Shown one piece after another: positions 14,303 to 29,117 of a stretch of 64,000 nt of DNA. The notes below the pieces were generated by a model, which worked only from the letters and a program-made list of their open reading frames with translations, had not been told where the DNA came from and searched no databases. The position numbers and the translations under genes are program-made. Source of the DNA: the human T2T-CHM13v2.0 reference genome, Homo sapiens; the NCBI RefSeq assembly GCF_009914755.1, contig NC_060935.1. One strand, 5' to 3'. Each line of letters starts with the position of its first letter. Positions within the stretch are counted from its first letter, which is position 1.

Positions 14303-16501
14303 ATCATTGCTCTCTATTCCTCCAAGTAGAAAGATTCTGACAACTTAGAGCTGTCTTAGCCCCAGTTCACTTGTGGAGACCTTTGGCTCTGTCCCAAGTT
14401 TCAGGCAGGGAGCTGAATTCTGATTCCCATCTACCCTGAAGGAGCTCTTGGGCACTTTTGTCAGAGAATGATTGAAGACTTAGCCTCCATACAGTCTAGC
14501 TGGTCCCAGCTTTTCTTGCACTGCATGGCTTCGGTTCTATCTCCTTGTAAAACTTTCTCCTATCGTTTCAAATAAATGTGAATTTATTAGAATTAAATGT
14601 GCCATTTTCTGTTACCCAGCACATATTACATTATAGTTATTTGCGCATAGCTCTGTCTTCTTAACTAGACTGTAAGCACTTAGAAGGTAGACACTATGCC
14701 CAATTTATCTTGCTTCCCTAGTGCCCGGCACAATGACTACAGATTAGAGGTACTCAATAGTGTCAAAACTGAATTTGAGATGTTTTAGGGCCTCTTGAGA
14801 AATCTGATTTTTATTATAACCCAGAAATGAGTCTCCAGAGATATAACATGATGTTTGTGAAAGATAATTTACAGATATAACCAACAGGCATGTATTTGGA
14901 CTCTGTAAATGATGTTCTGATCTGCCTGTTTGTATGCTAACTTGTGCAAGGCCTTTTATTTGCTCTCATTTTGCTCCTTTGAAGATATAATTGCTTCTTG
15001 GTTCCATATTTCTATTGCTCATTACACTGTTCCATACCATTTCATTCTGAAAATAAAACAAAATAGGATATTTAAAATTAATGATGTGGGGCACAGCTTT
15101 TTTTTTTCTTTCTACCTCTAGGCAGAATTTGCAAATGGCTTGAATGCCAGCCATTCTTTTTATCGGAAGCATCTGGGTTTAATTAGGGTAAGAAAAATCA
15201 CTGATTACAAGAGGAGAGACCCCAGACCTTCTTTGCAATGGGTCACTAGTATGTTTATCTATTCCTACTGCCTCCTCCTCAAACCTGGCAAGCTTATGAT
15301 GGCTACTTCTGTTTAAAAGGAAATTGAAGAGTCATCCCCACTAGTTTTAGAATTTGAAGATTTCTTGTATAGGAGTTTTCACATTGGTTTCATTTTCAAG
15401 ATTCAGAAAATGAGCAGTTTTTCAGATGCTATGATGTGGTAGAGCTCTGTATCTTTGCAAATGGTTCCTGTCCCTGAAGAAGCTATGGTACCAGTAGGGC
15501 CAAGTGGTCATATTTTTAATTTATGAGTGTAGTTGAAAGTTTGTCCATTCCCCTGAGCAGCAAAACTAGGTTAAAATGAAGTTTGCAAAGACACATATGG
15601 AACCATCACAGCAGGTAATGGAACAGTCTGTGAGAGGTGTTAAAGAAGTAATAATAACTGGTCCAGCATGTAAGAAGTTCAGAAATCACCACTCCATCTG
15701 AACAAGTAAAAAAACTGAACAAACTAAAAAATCAACTCATCTTAGATCCATAAGAAAAGTGAGGTCAGAGGGCAAACTTCTCCCCAAAATCAAAGGGAAA
15801 AATGAGCAAATACAGAGAATCATAACTTATGGTGCAGAAACCCACAAGCAGAAATCTCGGCAGGAACCAGTGCTTGAGTGGGAAAACCTGAACCATAGTT
15901 GACAAATTGCTGGAGGCTCAGTACGGACAACTCTGAGAGTTAAATGCTCCAAGGGGACCCAACTATGGGGGCAGGGGACTACACCTTCTGAGTTTTACCC
16001 CCAGGAGCTCTACTTGATTCTTGCATTGAATATTGGATAAAATCCCCTCATGTTGGAAGGGAAAACAATCATTTTGAAATATGCCAAAGCATTTTGTTCT
16101 TCTTAACACAGTCTGTCTTAAGGAGAAACTAACCAACCAGAGCCTAATCTGCTGGGGTTTTATCAAAGCCTAACTGACCAGGGAAAAGAAAATACCCAAC
16201 TCCAACCCACTCTCACCACTTCTTCCACTTAAAGGGGCAGGTGTGGGAGACTGAGAAACACTTGTGATGTTTGTAGTCCAGAGGTACAGGTTCACTAAAA
16301 GACTGAGACCTAATCATAACACTATAGAATGCTTCCGCTCCATTCATACCTCACCAACACATTACTAAAGGCCTATGTAGAGCAGTTTCTTTTACCCAGT
16401 ATACTATGTCTGGCTATCAAGGAAAAAATTACAAGGCATACTAAAAGGCAGAAAAGACACAGTTTGAAGAGACACAGTGAGCATCAGAATCAGACTCAGA
16501 T

Positions 16502-16876
16502 ATGGCAGGGATCTTGGAATTAATCAGACTGGATGTTAAAATAAGTATGATTAAGATGCTAAGGGCTGTAATAGGGCTGGATGAAGCAGACAGAATGCAA
16601 GAACAGATGGACAATGTAAGCAGCAAGATGGCAAGTCTAAGAAAGAACCAAAAGGAAAGGTTAGAGATAAAAAACTCTGTAACAGAAATGAAGAATGCCT
16701 TAGATGAGCTCACTAATAGACTGGACATGGTTGAGGAAAGAATCTCTGACCTTGAGGATACTTCAGTAGAAACTGCAAAAACTGAAAACAAAGGGAAAAA
16801 AAGACTGAAAAAAACCCAAAACATAATATCCAGGAACTTTGGGACAACTATAAAAGGTGTAATATACAGGTCATAG
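16502..16876 (+). pseudogene. L1 ORF1p coiled-coil remnant (open for 124 codons)
   Basis: KNQKERLEIKNSVTEMKNALDELTNRLDMVEERISDLED is typical L1 ORF1p; frame lost downstream. Confidence 0.85.
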
Positions 16877-19337
16877 AAATACCGGAAGAAATATTTGAAG
16901 CAATAATGACTGAGAATTTCCCAAAGTGAATGTCAGATACCAAACCACAGATCCAGAAGGCTTAGAGAACATCAAGCAGGATAAATGTCAAAAAACTACA
17001 CCTAGCTGTATCATATTCAAATTATAGAAAATCAAAGATAAAGAAAATATCTTGAAAGCAGTGAAAGAGAAAAAATACCTTGCCTACAAGGGAGCAAAGA
17101 TAAAAATTACACCTGACTTCTCAGAAACCATACAAGCGAGAAGACAATAAAGTGAAATATTTAAAGCGTTGAGAGGAAAAAGACCCACCAGCCTACAATT
17201 CTGTATACAGCAAATTTATCTTTCAAAAGTGAAGGAGAAATAAAGACATTCTCAGACAAACAAAAATTGAAAAATTTGTTACCAGTGACTTGCCTTGCAA
17301 GAAATGTTGAAAAAAATTATTTAGAGAGACTAAAAATTATAGGTCAGAAATTCAGCTCTACATCAATAAAGAAAAATACTGAAGAAGAAATAAATGAAAG
17401 TAAAATTTAAAATTATTTTTCATATTCTTAATTTATGTAACAAATAAGAGTTTATTCAAAATAAAATAGCAACAATGTATTTTATTACACATGCTTATGT
17501 ATAAGTAAAATGAATGACAGAATGATACAAGGGGGGGGAATTAGGATCATTTTGTTATAATAAGCACTAACCAAGAAGCAGTATAATGTTTGGCGAAAAT
17601 GGACTTGGATTAATTGTAAATGTATATTGCACACTCTAGGGCAACCACTAAAAAAAGTAAAAAGTATAACTGATATGATAAGAAAGGAGAGAAAATTGAA
17701 TCATATAAAGTTGCTAAATTAAAATAACTAAAGGCAGAACAAGAGTGAAAGACAAAAATAGAAACGAAGAACAAGGGTAACAAAAACAGTAACAAATATG
17801 ATAGATATTAACCCAATTATATCAATAATCACTTTGAATATGAGTGGTCTTAAGCACAACAATTAAAAGACAGAGAATGTTAGAATGGATCAAGAAACAA
17901 GACTCAGTTACAGGTTGTCTATAAGAAACCTCCTTTAAATATAAAGACTCATATCAATTGAAAGTAAATGGATGGAGAAAGGTATACTATGCTAAAACTA
18001 ATCAAAAGAAAGTGGAAGAAACTAGAACAATTTCAGACACAGAACACTTCACAGCAAGTAAAGTTATTAGGGATAAAGAGGAGCATTGCCGAATGATAAA
18101 GGGGTCAGTTCTCTAAGAAGACATAGCAATCCTTAATGTGTGTGCACCTAATAACACAGCATCAAAATACATGAAGCAAAAACTGATAGAACTGTGAGGA
18201 GAAATAGATGAGTCCACTAGTATAGTGGGAGAGTTCAACATCCCTCTATCAGAAATGGACAGATTCAGCAGGCAGAAAATCATTAAGAACATAATCAAAT
18301 TCAAAAACATCATCTATAAACTGTAAATAATGGACAGCTATAAACTAGTTCATCCAGCAATAGCAGAATTCACTGTACATTCTTCTCAAGCTCACATGGA
18401 ATATTCATCAAGATAGACCACATTCTAGACCACTTCATATACCTTAACAAATGTAAAAAAAAAGTAGAAATCGTAGTGTCTGCTCTCAGACCACAATGGA
18501 ATTAAACTAGAAATTTATAATAGAAGGATAGCTGAAAAATCCCCCAATACTTGGAGATACAAATACAACATGTGTCTAAATAATACAAGGGTCAAAGCAG
18601 AAATCTCAGGAGAAATTAAAAAGTACTTTGAACTAAATGAAAATAACACAAGTTATCAAAAACTGTGCAGTGCAATAAAAGTAGTGCTAAGGGGGAAATT
18701 GATAGCATGGAGTGCATATATTAGAAAATAGGAAAGATTTAAAAGAAATCACCTAAGCTTTCATCTTCGGAAACTGGAAAAACAAGAGCGAACTAAATCT
18801 ATACTGAACAGAAGAAGAGAAACAATAAAAATTAGAGCAGAAATCAATGAAATTGAAACAGAAAATTAACAGAGAAAAATCAATAAAACCAAAAGCTGGT
18901 TCTTTGAAAAGATCAATAAAATTAATAAGCCCATAGCCAGGCTAACTTAGAAAAAAGAGAGAGAGGAAGAACATAAATTAGTAATATCAGAGATGAAAGA
19001 GGGGACATCATTACAAAAGTCATGTACATTAAAAGGATAATAAAGGAATACTGTGAACAACTTTATGCTTACAAATTTGATAACCTAGCTAAAATAGACC
19101 AATTTCTTGAAAGACGCAATCTGCCAAAACTCACATAAGAAGTAATACACACTGAATAAGGGTATATCTATTCAACTGAAAATGAATCAATAATTAATAG
19201 CCTCCTAAAGCAGAAAGCATCAGGTCAAAATGGGTTCGCTGGTGAATTCTACCAAACGTTTAAGGAAAAAAGCACACCGATTTTCTACAACCTCTTTCAA
19301 AGATAGAAGCACAAGGAATACTTCCTAACTCATTCTA

Positions 19338-19703
<366 letters not shown>

Positions 19704-20276
19704 TCCACAGTTCAGTATCTCTCATGAACATAGATGCAAAAATTCTCAACAAAATGTTAACAAATTGAATCCATCAAAGTATAAAAAGAATTGTGTGCCA
19801 CACCAAGGGGGATTTATCCCAGGAATGAAAGGCTGTTTCAACATTTGACAACTAATTAAGGCTATCCATCATATCAACAGGCTAAAGAACAAAATACAGA
19901 TGATTACATCAATAGATGTAGAAAAAACCTTTGACAAAATCTAACACTTGCTCATGATAAAAGAAAAAGAAAAAGAAAAAAAAAACTCCTCAGTAAATGA
20001 GAAATAGAGGGGGAACTTCCTCAACTTGATAAAGAATATCTACAAAAAATATACAGATAACGTCATATTTAATGGTGAGAAATTAGAAGCTTTCTCATTA
20101 AGATCAGGAACAAGGCAAACACATACTCTCTCACCACAGCTTTTCAACATTATGCTAGAAATCCTAGCTAATGCAATGAGATAAGTAAAGAAAATGTATA
20201 CTGACTGAGAAGGAAGAAATAAAACTATCTTGTTCACAAAAGACATGATTGTCTAAAAGAAAATCTGAAAGAATCA

Positions 20277-20586
<310 letters not shown>

Positions 20587-22554
20587 TCAAGAAAAAAAGC
20601 TCCTGGAACTAATAAACAATTATAACAAGGTTTCAGGATGCAAGGTTAATATACAAAAGTCAATCATTTTTCTGCATAGCAACAATGAACAAGTGGAATT
20701 TGATATTAAAAAGAAATTGTCATTTATATTAACAGTGCCTCAAAATAAAATACTTGGGTATAAATCTAACAAAACCTGTACATGGTCTATATAAGGAAGG
20801 CCATAAAACTGATGAAAGAAACCAATGAAAAACTAAATAAATAGAGAAATATTCCATGTTCATAGATAGAAAAACTCAGTATTAGTCAAGATATTAGTTC
20901 TTCACAACTTGATCTATAGATTCAATGCAATCAAAATCAAAATCCTAGTAAGATATTTTGTGGCTATCAATAATCTGATTCCAATGTTTATATGAAGAGT
21001 CAAAAGACAGTCAATAACCACCACAAGATTGAAAGAAAAGAACAAAATTGGAGGACTGACATCAAGACTTATGATATTACTATAACTACCCTAAAGCCAC
21101 AGTGATAAAGACGGTGTGGTATTGGTGAAAAAACTGGCAGAGGATCAATAGGATAGAATAGAAAGCCCAGAAATAGACCTACATAAACACAATCAACTAA
21201 TCTTTGAAAAGGGGGCAAAGGCAATACAATGGAGACAAGATAGGCTTTACAATAAGTGGTGCTGGAACAACTGAACATTCACATGCAGAGAAGTGAATCT
21301 CGACACAGACTTTCCACCCATCACAAAAATTAATTCAAAATACCCCACAGACCAAAATATCAAACTGTAAAACTAGAAGATAACATAGGAGAAAATCTAG
21401 ATGCCCTTGGGTTTGTCAATGACTTTTTAGATATAATACCGAAACCACAATACATGAAAAAAAGAACTGATATGCTGGACTTCTTTAAAATTAAAGATTT
21501 CTGCTCTGCCAAAGACACTGTCAAGAAAATGAAAAGACAAGCTGCAGACTGAGAGAGAGAGAAGATATTTGTTAAAAACACACCTGACAAAGGACTGGTA
21601 CCCAAAATATGCAAAGAACTCTTGAAACTCAACAATAAGAAGACAGAGAACCCAATTAAAAAATGGGCCAAAGAACTTAACAAATACCTCCCCAAAGAAG
21701 ACATGTAATGGCAAATAAACACATAAAAAGATGCCCCACATCATATGTCATCAGAGAGATGCAAATTAAAACAACAATGAGATACCACTACACACCTATC
21801 AGAGTGGCCAAAATTCAGAACATTGAAAACACCAAATGCTGGTGAGGCTGTGAAGCGACAGGAACTCTCCTTTATTGCTGGTGGAAATGCAAAATGCTAT
21901 AGACACTTTGGAAGACAGTAAGACAGTAAAAAGATCCATGCTTGCTAGGGGTTGGGAGGAAGAAGGAATGAACAGGTGGAGCACAGATGATTTTTAGGGC
22001 AGTAAAAATACTCTGTATGATTCTATAATGGTGGATACATGTCATTATACATTTGTTTAAACCCATAAAATGTACAATACCAAGCATAAACCCTAAGGTA
22101 AGCTTTGGACGCTGAGTGATAATGACTGATGGTGAGTGTCAATGTAGGTCCAGCAATGATAGCAAATGCACCACTCTGGTGGGGGATGTTGATAATGGCG
22201 GATGCCTTGCATATGGGGAGCAGAGGGTGTATGGGAAGTCTCAGAAACTTCCACTCAATTTTTCTGTGAACCTAAAACTGTCTAAAAAATAAAATCTACT
22301 TACAAAGTAATAACAATAATAACAGTAATTTATTTTGAACATGATATTATATATTTGACCCCTTACTTTTTTCTTTGGATATGTGTGTGTTGGGGGAATG
22401 ACATCAAAGGCCTTTTAGTTTTTTTAAACTTGGTTTTTTCTTCCCTTCCATGAGGCTGACACAGGAAAATCTGACTTTGTACTCTGGCCATTATCAGAAA
22501 ACTCTAGCATGGTTAGGGGAAACTGTGGCCTCTCTAAACTAATATGCTTATGTG

Positions 22555-23090
22555 TTACAGTGCATGTTAATTGGAAATCTGCAACTACCAAAAATGTCAC
22601 TCAAACTGGCTTGAACGTTAAAGAAAATTTATTGATTTACAAACCTGAAAAGCCTAAAGATATCAGGCTTCAGTCAAGACTTGATTCAGCAACTCAAGGG
22701 CAGCAAAGACCCCGGAGGCTTTTCATTTCTCCTCTCTGCGTTACACAACATGTATTTTCTCCAAGTGGCCACAAGATGGCTGCAAGTAGCTTTCAGCGCT
22801 GCGATGTCCTTGCTCATATCCAAAGAGACGAGAATGTCCCTCAAGTAGCTTCTAAGGAAGAATGAAGTCGTTTTCTCCAGGATCCTCAAGGAAATGTGCC
22901 TTTGTCTTTGAGTAACACTAATTAGGTTCTATGTCCATCCCTGGCCACTCGTGGGGTGGGGTGGCCGTGTCGATAGCCTTAAGTCAGTCAAGCCCCATTC
23001 TTGGAACTGGGTGTGAAGTCAGCTTCCCTTCCAGCACAGGGGTTGTGTGAGGGAGGGGTGAACGCCCAGATGGAAATCAGGGTGCTGAGT
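22555..23090 (-). mobile_element. Old MaLR LTR relic (MLT1-type)
   Basis: CTCAAACTGGCTTGAAC...AATTTATTGATT...GTGGCCACAAGATGGCTGC pattern typical of reverse-strand MLT1. Confidence 0.55.
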
Positions 23091-24099
23091 CAGGAACTGG
23101 ATGGCATTCGCTCCAGAGCCGCACATTTCCTCAGGAGAGAAGGCTCTTTCCTTTCCTTTCTCTGGTCTTGGAGCGGAAACGGCTTGGCGGCTCAGTTAGC
23201 ACAGGATGAGACTCCAGGAAAGGACGCAGGGAGTGGGCTCATCTCCAGTCTAACCCCTAGTCTAGCTCACACGTGCCCCCACCCCTACCCCTCACAGTTC
23301 ACCTGGATAGCAGACCAGGCTTGAGAGCAAGAGCCTATCTAGAAACAGGTGGAGTGCTCTGCTAGAACTCCTTGTCTATGGCTATTTTAGGAACCCCACC
23401 GAGTGGCAGCTGCAGGCAGCAGTTGAGCAGGTGGTGGCACAGGAACTGGGGGTTTAGCATGGTGGTCATCTTCTCACCACCAGCACCACTAACTAAGAAA
23501 GAGGCACCTGCAGACCGATATGTATACTCACCAGCTTTGTGATGATAACTACATCATTTAATGTTTCTGTTCTTTCTTTTCTTCATCTATAAAGTGGGGA
23601 TCATGTGATAATAATAACCTCCTTGCCTATTTTGTGTTGAAAAAAGAGGAAATGTTTCTGTTCCCTGTCTCATCTTTTAATCTTGACCTATACAATTGGG
23701 AACTTCTACCCCGAGACTTCTGGCTTCCCTTTCTTCTCCCTTGCTAGTTCCTCCCAAAGGAAGAAGGATTTACAGATTGTGTTGGTCAGCCACTTATCAC
23801 TGATAGAGCCACCCTTGATAGCAGGGTTACATCACAGGAAGCACTGAAGGCCAGCACTAATGCTTGGCATAGCCCCCTGCATCATCTTCCTTTCCCATTG
23901 CTGTAGGTAAGCAGACACATACATTTTTGAAATTGGTAAACTCAGCCAAAGATCCTTTCAAGATCTGCTCAGCTCTCTGGCCCCGAGAGTGCCCCTTCCA
24001 AATTTAGAAGGATTGGAGAGAGGAGCCTTCACTTTGACATGGGCTCACCACCTCCAGTTCAGCTTTTACCAGGCCTTTGCATTAGAATCTTGGGTTCTT

Positions 24100-24800
24100 C
24101 AACCCAAATATCCATCAATAATAGGCTGGATTAAGAAAATGTGGCACATACATATACACCATGGAATACTATGCAGCCATAAAAAATGATGAGTTCATGT
24201 CCTTTGTAGGGACTTGGATGAAGCTGGAAACCATCATTCTCAGCATTGATGACGGGGGGGAGGGATAGCATTAGGAGATATACCTAATGCTAAATGACGA
24301 GTTAATGGGTGCAGCATACCAACATGGCACATGTATACATATGTAACAAATCTGCATGTTGTGCACACGTACCCTAAAACTTAAAGTATAATAATAATAA
24401 AATTTAAAAAAAGAAAATGTGGCACATATACACCATGGAATACTATGCAGCCATAAAAAAGGATGAGTTCATGTCCTTTGTAGGGACATGGATGAAGCTG
24501 GAAACCATCATTCTGAGCAAACTATCACAAGGACAGAAAACCGAACACCGCATGTTCTCACTCATAGGTGGGAATTGAACAATGAGAACACTTGGATACA
24601 GGGTGGGGAACATCACACACTGGTGTCTGACATGGGGTGGGGGGAAGGGGGGAGGGATAGCATTAGGAGAAATACCTGATGTAAATGATGAGTTAATGGG
24701 CGAAGCACACCAACATGGCACATGTATACATATGTAACAAACCTGCACGTTGTGCACAGGTACCCTAGAACTTAAAGTATAATAATAATAATAATAAAAG
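24100..24800 (+). mobile_element. L1PA 3' fragment with a second, younger L1PA 3' fragment nested at 24151-24410
   Basis: Two consecutive L1 3' ends (CTTAAAGTATAATAATAATAA); inner TSD AAGAAAATGTGGCACATA (24133-24150, 24411-24428); outer TSD core CTTGGGTTCTT. Confidence 0.93.
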
Positions 24801-25276
24801 AAAGTCATAACAAGAATTAAAAAAACTTGGGTTCTTGTCCTGCCATCTTTTAATAAAGTGAGAAATCCTTCTCAGCTGGCTACTGATCTTTGTATATGGG
24901 CTTCTTTGGCAGGAAACTGGGGGAGGACTTAGGAGTGGGGTGGGGAGAAGGTGGAAATACATGCCAAGGCCTATCTCACTCCCCTATACCCTGCTGGGTT
25001 GTGGAGGTGAAATTAAGTTGCATAGTTGAAAGTATTTTAGAAGTGAAACTGAGCACAGATGTCAGGCAGCACTAGCCTCAAGGTGGATGGCGTAAGGAGT
25101 GATGCCCTCTCCTAGGAAATGGCTGGTGCAGATGTCAGTTCTATAAGGAATATTCCCACTTCAGTTACTGGAACTTTGATTATTAGCCGGGAGATTTTTC
25201 TCCTCCCAGATGTGGCTTGAATAAAAGTGTGTCCTCACATAAGACATTGAGTGGGCACCACTCAGAAGCTGACTGA

Positions 25277-25790
25277 TGTTATTGAGTAAAAGGGAGGGTG
25301 CCCAGTGCACTAGAAGCCAATACTGTGACACCAGGTTTTGGAGAAAAGAAAAGATTTATGTTGAAAGTGGACTCTCAAGGAGACAGGAGTCAAGTTCAAA
25401 TCTGTTTCCCTGCACTGGCTTCCAAGCAGTATTTTTATTAGAAAAGGTTCAGGGGTTAGATTCTGAGACTATATAGGTAACTGGTGAAAGGAAACAGGAG
25501 GTCTGGGAAGGCCCTGCGCATGTCCAGTTGTTTCTTCCTGCTATCTCATGGGTCACATGTGTGAATTTGGGGGGAGTTAGTATGAAACATGTGGAAATTC
25601 GGGCTGGGACGCCAGCAAGCTTGTTCTGTGCAAACTCCAGTCAGCCATCTTAGTTTCCACCGATTCTAGCCAGGTTTTTCTTGATGTCAGCGTCAGAGTC
25701 TCAGCAAGTTGTTTCTTTTCTTACCTGCTGTCCTGCAAACAAGAATTTTTGTTAGTCGTTGGTTTCTTTAACTCTTTGGGACACAATTCC
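25277..25790 (-). mobile_element. ERV1 solo LTR (MER31/MER67-like)
   Basis: TGTTATTGAGTAAAAGGG...GCACTAGAAGCCAATACTG...CAAGGAGACAGGAGTCAAG resembles the recalled reverse-strand MER31-group LTR. Confidence 0.6.
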
Positions 25791-26509
25791 AATGTGCCCT
25801 ACTTGGAGGAACAGTTAGTAGCAGATCCTCTCTTCTTCCTCCTCTATGAGAAAAAGTAACTTTTTGTTAAGTCCACTTCCTTTCAATGTGCTTCGAATTT
25901 CAGTGTCTCCTGGGATACGTTGTCCTAACTCTGTCTTTTCATTTTAGCTACACTCACTCTTTTTCTTTCTACTTCCTTTTACTATCCACCCTCTTCTTCC
26001 TTAGCTCCAGAATGATTTTCAAACCAATGGTGGTACTAAGTCGCTCTCTCTATTGTCACTAATGATGTCATAATCATCTCATTCACATTCAAAGTTCTGT
26101 TTTAGTTCTCATCCTCCTTGATGTCCCTGTCATTGTTGTTCGCCATTTTTAAAAAATTATTTAATATCATCATTGTTTATTTTTAAAAGAACATCTGCAA
26201 TTGCACTATAATGCCACTACACAGATATCTTTTTGACCTTGTCTAGTCTCTTGACATACTTACTTTTTTTTTTTACAAAGTTGGAAACAATGTACATATT
26301 GTTTCTTGCTTTGTTCTTTCATGTAATATTATTTCTAGACACATCATACAAGGGTAAAGCTGAAGGAAGCCTACAGATCTCATATGCCCTCTATATTTTA
26401 CAGGTGAGAAAACTAAGATTTGTTGGAAATGCTCAGTGGAAAGCACCAGTGGCCAGGACCAGCAATTCCCAAATCCCAGTCAGCCCTCTACCTTGGCTAT
26501 AGAACCCAC

Positions 26510-26914
26510 AGGAGGGTTTCCCCAGTTTGGAGAGAGCACTTGGGGTGTTTATTTAAAATGTAATTTCCTGAACCTACCACATCACTGAATCAGGATCTTC
26601 AATAATGGGGCATACACATTTGTAGTTTTTAAAAAGATACCTAGGTGACTCTTCAGCATATTACGATTTGAGGCCAGGTGCAATGATTCATGACTGTAAT
26701 CCCAATGCTTTGGAAGGGCAAGGTGGGAGGATTTCTTGAACCCAGGAGTTTGAGGTTACAGTGAGGTGTTACAGTGCCACTGCACTCTACCCTAGGCAAC
26801 AGAGGGAGAACTTGTCTCAAAAAAATAAAAATACACATATACACATGTACCCCTGAACCTAAAATAAAAGTTAAAATAAATAAATAAAAATAAATAAAAT
26901 TCAAGAACCACCGT
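26510..26914. mobile_element. MER5-like hAT relic interrupted by an Alu monomer and an L1 tail
   Basis: ACTGAATCAG...TTTAAAAAGATACCTAGGTGACTC...AAGAACCACCG. Confidence 0.6.
26672..26900 (+). mobile_element. Alu monomer (FRAM-like) directly followed by an L1 3' terminus
   Basis: Right-arm motif GAGGTTACAGTGAG...GCCACTGCACTC, A-tail, then CACATGTACCCCTGAACCTAAAATAAAAGTTAAAATAAA. Confidence 0.85.
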
Positions 26915-27621
26915 TTGAAGAGTTTAAGTCACAGAAGACACAGAGGCAAATGTTCAGCACTATAAACCAGGACTTCTGAGCTGAGCTAGACTACCACAGA
27001 CTTTGCCAAAACTAGAGGCAACGTAAACAGCCAGTTCCTTGTCTAAGCAGAAGAAGTCACCTTCAGGCCTGTCTTACCACAACCAAACCAGTAGAAACCG
27101 ACGCACTTGTTCATATGAACTATAAGTAGCTTGTTCATGTTACTATAAGTAACTCATACAGTTTCTGGGTTTTTGAGCTATAGGAGAGAAGAGGGAAGAA
27201 AGAAATAGCCTAAGAGAGATTCAAGAGAGCTGTTGACACCATCTAAGAAAAAAGTTAATCCAGTCCAGTTGTATTAAATATCACTTTATTCTTCCCAACA
27301 CATATGCCCTATATGTAGATTGGCACAAAATTGCATGCCTATTACAATTTCTGCCATCTATGGCTTCATTTCAGCCATGGTTTTAAAAGTAGAGCTCTCT
27401 GGGTGTATTGTGTGAATGGCTGCAGGTTGTGGGGGTTGGGGAAACCATGAAGTGTTGGAGAGAGGAGATGGGCTGGCAGTAAACCTTTGAGCATGCCTAT
27501 AAATTAGACCAGTGTTTTATGAACTGCTGGTTGTGATATATTAGAGGGTTTGAAATCAATTTAGTGACCAGCACTTTTATATGGAGTGGAAAGGAATGAA
27601 ATGGAGAGTAGAACAGAATAG

Positions 27622-28009
<388 letters not shown>

Positions 28010-28051
28010 TAAAATTTCCTTTTTTTCAACCACTTTATTGAGGTATGACTG

Positions 28052-28300
28052 ATCTCACTTACATGTAGAATCTAAAATAGGCAAACTCATAGGAGCAGAA
28101 AGAATGATGGTTGCCAGGAACTGGGGGGGTGGAGAAAAAGGGTTGGTCAAAGGGTACAAAGTTTCAGTCATGCAAGATAAATAAGTTCTGGACATTCCTA
28201 CCCAACATAGGACATATGATTGCCAATGCTGACAATACTGAAAATTTGCTAAGAGGATAGATTTTACGTTAAGTGCTCTTATGACAAAAGAAGAAAAAAT
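28052..28300 (+). mobile_element. Old L1M 3' fragment
   Basis: TCTCACTTACATGTAGAATCTAAAA...TTGGTCAAAGGGTACAAAGTTTCAG...AAATTTGCTAAGAG. Confidence 0.75.
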
Positions 28301-29117
28301 TAAACATTTTTAGGTAGTGGCCAAAACATTTGAAAACTGCTGTGTATTGGTGGAAAACTGCTGTGTTAGAAGATGAACAAAGTTCAGAGAGGTTGAATTC
28401 TTAGCCAAAGGTTACTTAATTTTAGATCTTTTGACTCCAGATCCAGTACTTTTGCCCCTAACACTTCCATGCAGTTCACATTTCCCTTTGCTTGCAGAAT
28501 CTTCATGTTTTCATTTCTAATGAATGAATATTAGGTTTATATCACATTATTTGTTTTATTATTTCTCTAATATTGAGTATTTTGGTAATTTCACTTTTAG
28601 CTATTATAAATAATTCAGCTATAAATATTTTTATAATTGTGTTTTGTTCTTTTTATGAATTGCCCATATAGGCTATATTTTCTGGTATGATTATTCTTGT
28701 GGCTCTTCACTCCAAAAAACAACCAATTTACACTTTTACCAGCAACCATTTCACAACAGTCTCACTAGTACTGGATTTTATCATTTATTCTTATACTTGT
28801 TTATCTGGTATGTGTTAAATGGCCCCTTAGAATTGTTTCCATTTGAATTTCTTTAATTAACTTCCAAGGTTTAGTGTTTCGCCTGTTGGTTTTATGTTGG
28901 TTTTCCTGGTGTATGAACTGTCTGTGTGTGTCTTGGTCCCACTGGCAGCCTGGTTTGAATAAAAGCAATATACTTTAGATATTAAACTTCCGATATGCAG
29001 CCATATTTATAGCAAACAGTTTTTCTTATTTTCTTACAACTCTTTCTGCCTTGGTTTTGTGAATTTTCATTATTTCACCATCTTACTTTATTTTTATTTT
29101 TTTATTTTTTATTTTTT

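Noticed and set aside
28018-28300. Twin-primed (inverted) L1 insertion
   Set aside because: The minus-strand tail piece is only ~30 bp and no clear TSD is visible; two separate fragments explain it equally well
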